64,000 nucleotides of DNA from a virus, in IMG/VR virus record IMGVR_UViG_3300047564_003843, positions 1 to 64,000 of that record. The stretch is one strand, 5' to 3'. The position numbers and the translations under genes are program-made. The notes below the pieces were generated by a model. It had not been told where the DNA came from. It did not search any database and was given only the letters and a program-made list of their open reading frames with translations. This document shows positions 38,623 to 46,629 of this stretch, piece after piece (positions within the stretch are counted from its first letter, which is position 1; every line of letters starts with the position of its first letter).

Positions 38623-39036
38623 TTACTTCGACGCTGCAGCGGATCTTGCTGACTCCACCATCTCACGAGTGAAGTATGTAGCACCCGTTATAGCATGCCG
38701 TTCGATTTTTTTACTCCTGTAGACCCAACTCTCCGCGCCGCCAAAGAACGCAGAGGAGTGATCCGTCCCGAGACTCCACAGTTGTTTGGACGTGCCGTTA
38801 GTTGAAATTTCAAATACGTAGATGCGGTCATGCCGTTCTAAGTCCATGCCGACTACCTTGCCGTTCTCGAACTTGTAGTGCGGGTGGTCTAGAAGTCTGA
38901 ACCACATAAAATTCATTGCGTCCGCAGGAGTGCACGCCGCGTAAATTTCTCCGAAGTGGGACTTTAATCCCTCGCCGTTGATGTCCGTGAACACGCACTC
39001 TGGTGCTGCGTGATACAACTTGCTCGGCACTCTCAT
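38623..39036 (-). CDS. Putative ART-fold protein (Tpt1/DUF952-like)
   Basis: KLYHAA..INGEGL..IYAA..VFEI..ESWVY..I. Confidence 0.5.
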   Translation of the reverse strand: MRVPSKLYHAAPECVFTDINGEGLKSHFGEIYAACTPADAMNFMWFRLLDHPHYKFENGKVVGMDLERHDRIYVFEISTNGTSKQLWSLGTDHSSAFFGGAESWVYRSKKIERHAITGATYFTREMVESARSAAASK

Positions 39037-39338
39037 GCACGCCCGCAATCTTCATACGGGTATTCGTGCGGTTCTAAGTCTTCGCAACTGCAGAAACCGA
39101 ATAGTTCTACTTGCTTGCCGTGATTGAGATCCGCGAGCTCGCCCCACGACATCACAACATCTTCTCCTTCTTCGACGAGCCGCTGCCCCTTGCCTGTTCC
39201 CAAGCCGACGCCGTATGTATCAAAGTGTGGTTCACACATATTGCCCCACGGGCCGTATGTTGTCATGCCGTCAAATCTTGCTTTATCTGTGCAGAAGTCG
39301 CATTGAGGTAATGCCGCTACTTTTGTAATTGTTGACAC
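39033..39338 (-). CDS. Zinc-binding phage protein
   Basis: CDFC..FDGMTTYGPWGNMC..H..GVGLGTGKGQ. Confidence 0.6.
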   Translation of the reverse strand: MSTITKVAALPQCDFCTDKARFDGMTTYGPWGNMCEPHFDTYGVGLGTGKGQRLVEEGEDVVMSWGELADLNHGKQVELFGFCSCEDLEPHEYPYEDCGRA

Positions 39339-39380
39339 GGTTGTCCTTCCGTCATTTTGTTGAAGCAGGTGCTTCAGAAA

Positions 39381-39677
39381 CTATTCTATGTTCTCCCTGT
39401 CAAAATAGCAAATCGCTCCAACAAAGAAAACAACTGCTACCACAACATAGATAAGCGGGTTGATGAAGAGAGTAACGCTGGCCAAGGCTGCAGCTGCTAG
39501 TAAGGAACGAAAGATGTTCAGACCTGTGTGATGCCTCGCCACCAGAAAAACTCCGACTGGCCACAGTGCGGATCCCAAGACCAACATCCCAACAATCCAG
39601 TCTTGTTCACCATAAGGGTCGTTGTCTATGTCGTCTCGAATGCGAGTCAACTGCCAAAGTATTAATGTCTCTATCAC
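39381..39677 (-). CDS. Membrane protein
   Basis: Three hydrophobic segments; TAGAAT-7nt-GTG. Confidence 0.55.
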   Translation of the reverse strand: MIETLILWQLTRIRDDIDNDPYGEQDWIVGMLVLGSALWPVGVFLVARHHTGLNIFRSLLAAAALASVTLFINPLIYVVVAVVFFVGAICYFDRENIE

Positions 39678-39689
39678 GCCATCGATTCT

Positions 39690-40265
39690 ATTATAAATTT
39701 TTTATCTGCGCAAGTGTTTGGTTTGCAACCTACAGCTGTCATCTAGTTACAAAGTTATTTGGAAGTTCCACAGCTCGGGCCCGAAACGATCAGAAATTTT
39801 TACCCCTGCAAAAGCCTGGCACCTGGTGCTGCAGCTTGGGATGGTAAAAGTTATTTGGAAGTTGGAAGCTGAAGGGCCCTTTTTAGTTTTGCGGCCGCTA
39901 GGTTGCAAAACCTAATCCTACCTGGCTTGTCAAGCTCTGTCAACCTGGCAGCCAAAGTTGTTCATAAGTTGTTCAGGGATCTGGAGCTGGCCATCTTCAG
40001 GGGTAAAAATTCTTGATCTGGCGGCGGGCCGCTGTCTCAAGTTGTTTGGATGTTGACGGTGATCTGCAGCTACGTGGTGCCCGTTGGACCTGTTGGACCC
40101 GTTGGTCCAGAGCTGGCCGCTGTAGCTTGGCAAAGTTATTTGGAAGTTGGGAGCTGATCTGCAGCTGCAGCTAAATCTTCCTGCACTATTACCGTTGTAA
40201 TTTAGGTGTAAATTACTACGCGACATACCGTTGTATATATGTATGCGCTCAGGCGCACGCCGTTA
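39690..40265. repeat. Non-coding tract with AAAGTTATTTGGAAGTT repeats and AGCT/CAGCTG/GCTGCAGC palindromes
   Basis: Exact 17-mers at 39751, 39847 and 40132; no convincing CDS. Confidence 0.6.
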
Positions 40266-40403
40266 TTAGGAAGTGGTTGAGGCGGGCCGTTGAGTTGTGG
40301 CGCAGCTTTTACACACGCCGTCTGGATTAAGTTCCTCGCCGCACCAGAAGCAATCCGTTTTGCTCGCCGCCTTCGGTGGGTAAAAATTACTGAAGGTGCT
40401 CAC
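40266..40403 (-). CDS. Small zinc-finger protein (45 aa)
   Basis: CFWCG..CKSC; GTGA overlap with a 25-aa ORF at 40400-40477 that has a GAGGAG RBS. Confidence 0.4.
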   Translation of the reverse strand: MSTFSNFYPPKAASKTDCFWCGEELNPDGVCKSCATTQRPASTTS

Positions 40404-40540
40404 AGCAAATCGTCCATATCGCTCGCGCCGTCTTTTGGCGCAGGTTCTTTCGTGCAGTCACCCTCTAGCCGTCCCATGCCGTTCTCCTCTTGACAAACCG
40501 TTAATTACTAACTATGCTAGCACCTAGCATAGTTTAGTAA

Positions 40541-40747
40541 TTAATCTATAAATCCCATGCCGCTAATGTTGCGAACAGGCTGCGGCTCATTTGATTGAAG
40601 TTTCAACAATCCGTTAACCATCTCCGCTGCTTCATTAGCGCGAGCCGTTACTCGAATGTGTTCGTCCCTTGTGCGGGCCAGCTTGATGTCGTTCTCGAGC
40701 CGCTCTGCGTGCAGCTGTGCTAATTCCAAAAGTTGTTCGGTTGTCAT
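40541..40747 (-). CDS. Small coiled-coil protein
   Basis: 68 aa; ATGA-coupled to the terS-like gene. Confidence 0.55.
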   Translation of the reverse strand: MTTEQLLELAQLHAERLENDIKLARTRDEHIRVTARANEAAEMVNGLLKLQSNEPQPVRNISGMGFID

Positions 40748-41736
40748 CGTAGCTCGTCGAGCTCCTCTTCAGAGATTGCTGGTTGGGAAAGTTGTTCCGA
40801 TGTCGAGCTCGGATCAGAGCTTTGGGGGGTAAAAATTTTGGGGTCTTCTTCCGTTAACTCCAAAATAACTTCTGCTTCTTTCTGGTCCGTGTGATCAACA
40901 AGCTCGCCTTGAATGATGGTGGCTCCTGCTTTTAAGCGGGCAAGCCGTTCAGCAATAATCTCAGCGGGTGTTCGGGAATCTTTAAGTTCCACGCCGAGGT
41001 CAATCTCCATACCAGCACGGATACCAGCACGGTCAAGAATCTCTGTCGCCGCTTTGAGTTTGACTGGCTCGGAGATGGCGTTCTCCATAAGTTCTTCAAG
41101 TTTGTCTACCGCGTAGGGTGCAGACTGCATCAGCTTCTTGCGAGCCCGTTCGATGTCCGCGCCCGTCTTCTTGTTCGCGCCAAGGTGTAGGCGACACAAG
41201 CCGTCATCTTTCATACGCCCCGATGACCACAGCATGCAGCGGATGCCCTCGGATGTGTGGGCACGGCAACGCATAGGTAATGCTTTTGGCGCTCGCCGAG
41301 CCGTTGGCGGTCCGCCATCTTCCTGCTCTTTTAGGTAGGCGCGGGTCGCGCCGAGTACCCAAGGCGGTACGAGTTTGCACGCCTCTGAATCAACAACCAG
41401 ATCCAGACCCGTCAAGTAATCGGAGTTATTCTGAAGTGGTTCGCTTAATAGGGCCCTTTTGCTGGAGAGCGACATGAGTCGCCGTTCCTTCATCTGCTCA
41501 AGGGAGCGGGCCTCAATTAGCCCAGTCGGGTGTCCGTTCTCTGTATAGACGGGAACCCATTGAAAGTTATGTTGGCGTAAAAGCAAGCGGTTCTCATAAG
41601 TATCTTCAACTATGCCGCGGTCATGCTCGATAAAACCCAATTCAGACAAATCGGGCCGCATGTCGACAGGGGTGTCGATGAGCGGTTCATTCGGCTCATC
41701 GTCACCCTTGCCGTCAAAAATCTGGAGGTCGGTCAA
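40744..41736 (-). CDS. Putative terminase small subunit / DNA-binding protein
   Basis: RCRAHTSEGIRC..CRLHLG zinc finger followed by APYAVDKLEELM..VKLKAATEILDRAG, a TerS-like helical motif. Confidence 0.55.
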   Translation of the reverse strand: MTDLQIFDGKGDDEPNEPLIDTPVDMRPDLSELGFIEHDRGIVEDTYENRLLLRQHNFQWVPVYTENGHPTGLIEARSLEQMKERRLMSLSSKRALLSEPLQNNSDYLTGLDLVVDSEACKLVPPWVLGATRAYLKEQEDGGPPTARRAPKALPMRCRAHTSEGIRCMLWSSGRMKDDGLCRLHLGANKKTGADIERARKKLMQSAPYAVDKLEELMENAISEPVKLKAATEILDRAGIRAGMEIDLGVELKDSRTPAEIIAERLARLKAGATIIQGELVDHTDQKEAEVILELTEEDPKIFTPQSSDPSSTSEQLSQPAISEEELDELR

Positions 41737-41751
41737 AATTTTTACCCCCAG

Positions 41752-41940
41752 CTATTCGTCAATGCCGAGATGTCTCCTGAGTTCTGCACGCTTCTCAACT
41801 AGTTGGTCGGCGTAATACATCTTTTCGGTTTTGGTTCGATACTCAGCGTTACGCATGAGAGTAACCAAACTCTCAATGTCAGCTTTAAGGCTGAGCTCCT
41901 TCTCAACGTGAGCGTTCAGCTCCTCTGGGGTCATTGGCAT
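41752..41940 (-). CDS. Hypothetical protein
   Basis: 62-aa ORF. Confidence 0.5.
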   Translation of the reverse strand: MPMTPEELNAHVEKELSLKADIESLVTLMRNAEYRTKTEKMYYADQLVEKRAELRRHLGIDE

Positions 41941-41958
41941 CTTAAAGTTATTCCTTTG

Positions 41959-42255
41959 TTAGGACTTCTTCTTTGCTGGAGCCTTCTTTGGCTTTGCGGC
42001 CTCGGAGGCAAGTTTCTTAGTAACTTCGGCAGCAGCGGCTACTGCGATGCGGCCAAATGCTGGGTCCTTCTTGTTAATCCAGCGGAGTGCCGTTGGGATA
42101 ACAGATGCCCATAGTGCGTTGGCTACAAGTAGCCATTCGCCAGAACCAAAGTCGAGTGGGGAGCCCACGCCACTGGTCTGACTAACAATCATTACTGCGC
42201 CGATAACCTGACCAAGGAGGTTCCGTAGGTAGGACTCGAGTGCTGCTTTGTTCAT
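41959..42255 (-). CDS. Holin-like membrane protein
   Basis: Two TM segments, ALRWINKKDPAFGR motif, basic C-terminal tail. Confidence 0.55.
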   Translation of the reverse strand: MNKAALESYLRNLLGQVIGAVMIVSQTSGVGSPLDFGSGEWLLVANALWASVIPTALRWINKKDPAFGRIAVAAAAEVTKKLASEAAKPKKAPAKKKS

Positions 42256-42482
42256 GAACAAGTTCCTTCTAAGTAGGGTTTTTTAGTTTCTACTTGGAAT
42301 ACAAAATAACACACATGGTTGAAAAGTTTTTTTCAAAAATGCTGCAAGAAAAGAGTCCTTTATAAACAAAAGTTTGGGCCAAAACTCTGAAATGAGCGTA
42401 AATCAATGGGTTTCAAAGTGTTGGACGGCAGCACAAAATGGGTGAATAAAAAGTGATTCTGGTCGGCGTGTCGAGTCGAAAA

Positions 42483-42557
42483 TTAAGCCATAACTGCCAA
42501 AAGCAAAAGCAAGACTTGCATCAACTCAGACCAAGCAAGAAGGAAGAATTCGATCAC
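42483..42557 (-). CDS. 24-aa hydrophobic peptide
   Basis: GGAGG RBS then GTG; MIEFFLLAWSELMQVLLLLLAVMA. Confidence 0.4.
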   Translation of the reverse strand: MIEFFLLAWSELMQVLLLLLAVMA

Positions 42558-42623
42558 AGTAAACCTCCGTTCTGGTTTTCCGAAGACTACCTTAGGGGAG
42601 GTATAAAAGCAAGAACCTGCTAG

Positions 42624-42836
42624 TTAGACGTCAACGTCTAAAAATTCTTCAAGCTTTTTTATAAGACGACTTGAGTCATCTACAAATTGTTTTTTGCCTT
42701 TGGGCCAAGCACTCTCATTGAGTTCTGGGTTTAGGTACCATCCACCTGCTCGAGCAATCCGTAGAGCGGTTACGGCTTCCTCTTTAGTCAAGGTGATTTT
42801 TTCTTTACCGCTCATCTGGGGTGTCTTCCTTTTCAA
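42624..42836 (-). CDS. Hypothetical protein
   Basis: 70-aa ORF in operon. Confidence 0.5.
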   Translation of the reverse strand: MKRKTPQMSGKEKITLTKEEAVTALRIARAGGWYLNPELNESAWPKGKKQFVDDSSRLIKKLEEFLDVDV

Positions 42837-43101
42837 GGATAGGCAGTTGCTTCAAGATGTCAGGGTCGTTATCAACCAAAACATCGATGGCTCGACGAAT
42901 CCCGAGGGTATAGAAAGTCTTATCTTCCTCACCCATTGAGGCTTCCCAATCTTTAACCATTTGCTCAAGCTTTCCGACTTTATCCAAAATGGCACCATCA
43001 GAAATATCCCCGACCTTCTGGATAATTTTTTGATAAGCCTCTGGGGAGATTTCATGATTAACAGTCATATCCCAAAGGATGGGTGTTAGTTGTTTTTTCA
43101 T
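42805..43101 (-). CDS. Hypothetical protein
   Basis: 98 aa; YTLGIRRAIDV motif. Confidence 0.55.
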   Translation of the reverse strand: MKKQLTPILWDMTVNHEISPEAYQKIIQKVGDISDGAILDKVGKLEQMVKDWEASMGEEDKTFYTLGIRRAIDVLVDNDPDILKQLPILEKEDTPDER

Positions 43102-43577
43102 CGTATCGCCTCAAGACAATTCTCGCAAAGAAGAGCATCGTAACCAGTCGCTTCATAAGAGACGGTTTTATACTCGGTGACTGCTGTTGGCACAATTCTC
43201 ACATCTCCTGCTGGAGTTGCTTCAATCGAGCACTTGTCACATTTAGGATTTTCAATCCACTCAACATTTTTGTCTGCACTAAAAGATGCAGCAAGTCCAC
43301 GAGTCAAAGCGTGTTCTACTCCAGGACCACTGGTCTTTCTCAGGAACAGTCTGGTGTCTTCAACCTCAACTACTGGACGAAGATTTTTACAAGGGCAGTT
43401 GTATCTGCTTGGTACACATATAACCAAACCAGCGTCGGTTGAGTGTTTGTTTATAGCGTGACCACAGAGGCAAATCCTCTTGTCACGACTTGGTTTGCGA
43501 GTCAGACTTTCATCTGCCTCAACTGCTTCTTCTGCACTAAGTCCTAGCATGGCTAGTGCATCTCTAGCGTTCGTCAT
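43098..43577 (-). CDS. Multi-zinc-finger protein
   Basis: CLCGH..H..C..CPC; CDKC..CENC. Confidence 0.6.
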   Translation of the reverse strand: MTNARDALAMLGLSAEEAVEADESLTRKPSRDKRICLCGHAINKHSTDAGLVICVPSRYNCPCKNLRPVVEVEDTRLFLRKTSGPGVEHALTRGLAASFSADKNVEWIENPKCDKCSIEATPAGDVRIVPTAVTEYKTVSYEATGYDALLCENCLEAIR

Positions 43578-43794
43578 TGTTGTCTCTCTCGTTTCCCATG
43601 AAGTTCCACCCCATGATGTTTCTGAACTGAGTATCCGTCTCAGCTTTTTCAATCAAGCCCCCAAGCATTCTCTCGAGGAACTCATTTTTGCGTCGTGCTT
43701 CTCTAAATGCGTTTATGGCAGAAATAATAAACATCGCCATAAAAACACTAAAGAAATTTACTACCCCAATAACTGCTACTTGTTCCCAACTCAT
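43564..43794 (-). CDS. Membrane-anchored small protein
   Basis: N-terminal TM segment. Confidence 0.5.
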   Translation of the reverse strand: MSWEQVAVIGVVNFFSVFMAMFIISAINAFREARRKNEFLERMLGGLIEKAETDTQFRNIMGWNFMGNERDNNDER

Positions 43795-43982
43795 TTGGCA
43801 CCTTCAACTTTCAAAAGTCCATGAGCCATCAATTCGTCAACCACTGCCTCAGCATCTCTGGTTGCGATTTTTAACCACTCGTCTGCATCTAGTGGAATCC
43901 TTGTAGGAAACCAATCTTTCATCAAACGACCAGCAATCACATACTTGACTCTCTCAGGAGTCACTGTCATTTTGTCATTCAT
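43791..43982 (-). CDS. Hypothetical protein
   Basis: Likely start MNDKMTV. Confidence 0.5.
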   Translation of the reverse strand: MNDKMTVTPERVKYVIAGRLMKDWFPTRIPLDADEWLKIATRDAEAVVDELMAHGLLKVEGAK

Positions 43983-44210
43983 AAAAGTATTATTACCTAA
44001 CACTAGAGAACTTGTCAACCTAAATCCTTCCACCAATTTCCACCCCAATCTGGGACTTAGATACTACCATACACTATTTTTAAATACAACCTAACACTAG
44101 TTTTAAATATTCAAATTCTCAACCCATTTTCTTAGGGGGTGAAACTTTTTTCTCATACGCGTATAGGAAATAGGTTGAATATTAAAATATTAAGTATAGT
44201 TTTTATTCTT

Positions 44211-44453
44211 ACTATCACGATTTTTAAAAAGTTTTTGAATTTTCCTTGATAGTAGAGACCTTCCTGCAAAAAACTGTACTATCACGATTTTTTAAAAAAC
44301 TTTTTATTTTTCTTGATAGTATGTTTTACAATGAAAAAAATAACTATCGCAGTTTGTAAAGTTTTTTAGCTTTTTTCTTGATAGTTATTTTTACAGCCCA
44401 AATAAACTACTATCAGGATTTTACAAAAAATGCTGAACTTTTTTGATGATAGT
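44211..44453. repeat. Four tandem AT-rich units with ACTATC...GATAGT inverted ends (candidate replication-origin iterons)
   Basis: Units at 44211-44253, 44278-44320, 44343-44385 and 44409-44453; period 65-67 bp. Confidence 0.7.
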
Positions 44454-44530
44454 AACTCTAAAAACTATACACCAAACACTAGATTTTGAATAATCGACCA
44501 TGCAGAGAAATCTGCCTCAAATGTCGACAT

Positions 44531-45184
44531 TTAGACAGTAAAAATGACTGCCTTATGATGCTCAACCCTGACCAAGGGGTGTAGCCAAATCTGGAACCCA
44601 GCCTCTTTAGCCCCAACACACCAAGAGTAGTCCTCCCCCAACATGACAGGAAAGTCTGCCCCTTCAACCCCAATCTCTCGAATCTTGAACCATGGCCTAG
44701 CCATCTTCTCAAAGACCCCAGACTTAACCCCCAAGAATCCAAAACCTACCCCATCAACCCTGACAGGCTCACCCTCTACTAGAAACTCCACAGCGTTTAG
44801 AGAGACAGGATGTCCTGCTTCATTGACCCTCATAGCCCCTATACGACCATCTCGACCTATAGCCATCATTCCAGAGATGATGTCCTTATCGCTTTTCAAA
44901 ATTAACTCAAAATCTTTCACAGACCAAGAGATGTCTGAATCTATCCAAATAATCTTTTCATAGGTAAAGGCTCCACCCCCAAAAGCCACCGCTTGCCAAT
45001 CCGCCCCGTAAGAGTCGGTTGCAGTGTTCTCTCTGGCGCTTGGAACAAAGCTCGAATATTGAGATACGAAGTGATACTTCAAACCCTTGTGATTAAGCCA
45101 TTTTGTAGTCTCTATCAGGCTCTTTACAAAATCCGCCTTCATATCAGAACCAGGCGTTGCAATTACTACGTTGTAGTGTTCCAT
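44531..45184 (-). CDS. Glycosyltransferase, GT-A fold (GT2-like)
   Basis: VVIATP, ARE, IWIDSDI (DxD), GFGFLGV, GEDYSWC, H. Confidence 0.8.
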   Translation of the reverse strand: MEHYNVVIATPGSDMKADFVKSLIETTKWLNHKGLKYHFVSQYSSFVPSARENTATDSYGADWQAVAFGGGAFTYEKIIWIDSDISWSVKDFELILKSDKDIISGMMAIGRDGRIGAMRVNEAGHPVSLNAVEFLVEGEPVRVDGVGFGFLGVKSGVFEKMARPWFKIREIGVEGADFPVMLGEDYSWCVGAKEAGFQIWLHPLVRVEHHKAVIFTV

Positions 45185-45214
45185 AACCACAGCCTACACC
45201 TGTAGGATTGTTTT

Positions 45215-45535
45215 ATGGCAAAACCAAAGACATTTAAATTAGAGCACTCCTCGGTAAGGCTAAAGGACGTCCATCCTGAAGACCAGTGCTTAAAAGAGTT
45301 TTGCACCATCCACAACCGCTCTAAACACCATATGCGCCACCTGCCACAGAACTGGCGGGAAGACCTTGGAATTATGGAGCGAATCTGCGAGCATGGCGTC
45401 GGACATCCAGACCCTGACGAGTTTATGCTTAGTAAGGACATCTACAATTCAATTCACGGATGTGATGGATGTTGTACCCCAATAAGAAAGCTTATTGTTC
45501 GAAAAGACTTAAGGAAACAGGGCAGTGCAAATTGA
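45215..45535 (+). CDS. Conserved Cys/His-rich phage protein
   Basis: CTIHN..H..MERICEHGVGHPDPD..HGCDGCC. Confidence 0.65.
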   Translation: MAKPKTFKLEHSSVRLKDVHPEDQCLKEFCTIHNRSKHHMRHLPQNWREDLGIMERICEHGVGHPDPDEFMLSKDIYNSIHGCDGCCTPIRKLIVRKDLRKQGSAN

Positions 45536-46028
45536 CGAATTAAAAGAGGCTCTCACCCTTCAGATGATGATGGCTGGCGGTTTTGATCCTGACAACCGAG
45601 AAGAGTCACCTCTTGAATGGGACTTGAATACTAAAGACAGTCAATACTCAATTTGTAAAGATATTGCAGATTCCCATGTAGATTTTGTTCTTACTCAAAT
45701 AATGTCTATTCCATCTCCTGAAGCACAAGAAGATGTAGAGAATGAAGATTATCTAGATTTTGAATATGAAGATAATCCTCTTGATAGTAAAAAGACAAAC
45801 ACAACTTCTGCAGCTCTTTTTATTTTTATGGATGCAGGTAATGGTAATCCACGTTATGTTTCAGATGTTCGGCAGTGGCTTGCAAATGTTGATAAAGCAG
45901 GTATCCCAGATGACACTGAAATCGAGGGACAGTTATATTTAAGTTATGACATTGAAGGTTCAATAGAAACTATTGAATGTGGTGAGTGTGGTTATGAAGA
46001 AACCCTCATCTCAAGTCACAATCACTGA
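45525..46028 (+). CDS. Acidic hypothetical protein
   Basis: 167-aa ORF. Confidence 0.55.
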   Translation: MQIDELKEALTLQMMMAGGFDPDNREESPLEWDLNTKDSQYSICKDIADSHVDFVLTQIMSIPSPEAQEDVENEDYLDFEYEDNPLDSKKTNTTSAALFIFMDAGNGNPRYVSDVRQWLANVDKAGIPDDTEIEGQLYLSYDIEGSIETIECGECGYEETLISSHNH

Positions 46029-46414
46029 TGTTAAATCCACGAGTATTAGCCAATCTTGGCAAACAACAACAACAACAACCAACAAACATTTATTACCTAT
46101 CTGGACCAATGACAGGGCTACCTGACTACAACCGTCCGACATTCAATAAAGCAGCAGAATGGCTTAGAAATCAAGGTTTTAATGTATGGAACCCAGCAGA
46201 GGAATTTGACCCAAATTACATATACCCACGCAAGTTCTATATGCGTCGAGACATTGAAGCACTTTTAAAGTGTGAATCTATAGTAATGCTTCACGGTTGG
46301 GAGAAATCAGCTGGTGCCCGTTTAGAGCTTGAAATAGCCAAGGAATTAGAAATGAACATATTTTTTCTAGGGGATAATAATCTTGAGAGGAGCCACAATG
46401 AGACCAACCCCTGA
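46028..46414 (+). CDS. DUF4406 / nucleoside 2-deoxyribosyltransferase-like protein
   Basis: YLSGPMTGLPDYN..F..VWNPA..YMRRDI..GWEKSAGARLE. Confidence 0.8.
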   Translation: MLNPRVLANLGKQQQQQPTNIYYLSGPMTGLPDYNRPTFNKAAEWLRNQGFNVWNPAEEFDPNYIYPRKFYMRRDIEALLKCESIVMLHGWEKSAGARLELEIAKELEMNIFFLGDNNLERSHNETNP

Positions 46415-46550
46415 GAAGCTTCCTGAAAATCTGCGTGACAAGTGTCCATATTGTGGACGTCCTCGTGAGTATGATGACGGCCATGGTCGTCCTCGTTGTC
46501 CTAAACAAGGATGCGCAGGACAACACTCTGGCTGGAATAAAGTCAAGTAA
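46398..46550 (+). CDS. Small zinc-finger protein (50 aa)
   Basis: AGGAGCCACA-ATG; CPYCG..CPKQGC. Confidence 0.5.
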   Translation: MRPTPEKLPENLRDKCPYCGRPREYDDGHGRPRCPKQGCAGQHSGWNKVK

Positions 46551-46629
46551 TTCATCGCCTTTACTTTTTCGCGATAAACTATAGACTCACCTTAAATTTT
46601 TTAAACCCCTTTTACCTTTAGGAGCCACC

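Noticed and set aside
39566-40226. Several 65-98 aa ORFs in the repeat tract
   Set aside because: They translate the repeated DNA motifs (KVIWK, IFTP) and lack RBSs; probably non-coding.
42486-42606. ATAACTGCCAAAAGC resembles an actinobacterial tmRNA resume site
   Set aside because: No tRNA-like ends or ALAA-type tag; the opposite strand encodes a 24-aa peptide with a GGAGG RBS.
44211-44453. Repeat-spacer periodicity resembling a mini CRISPR array
   Set aside because: Repeats are degenerate internally, spacers are only 22-24 bp and AT-rich, and no cas genes are present; an iteron array fits better.
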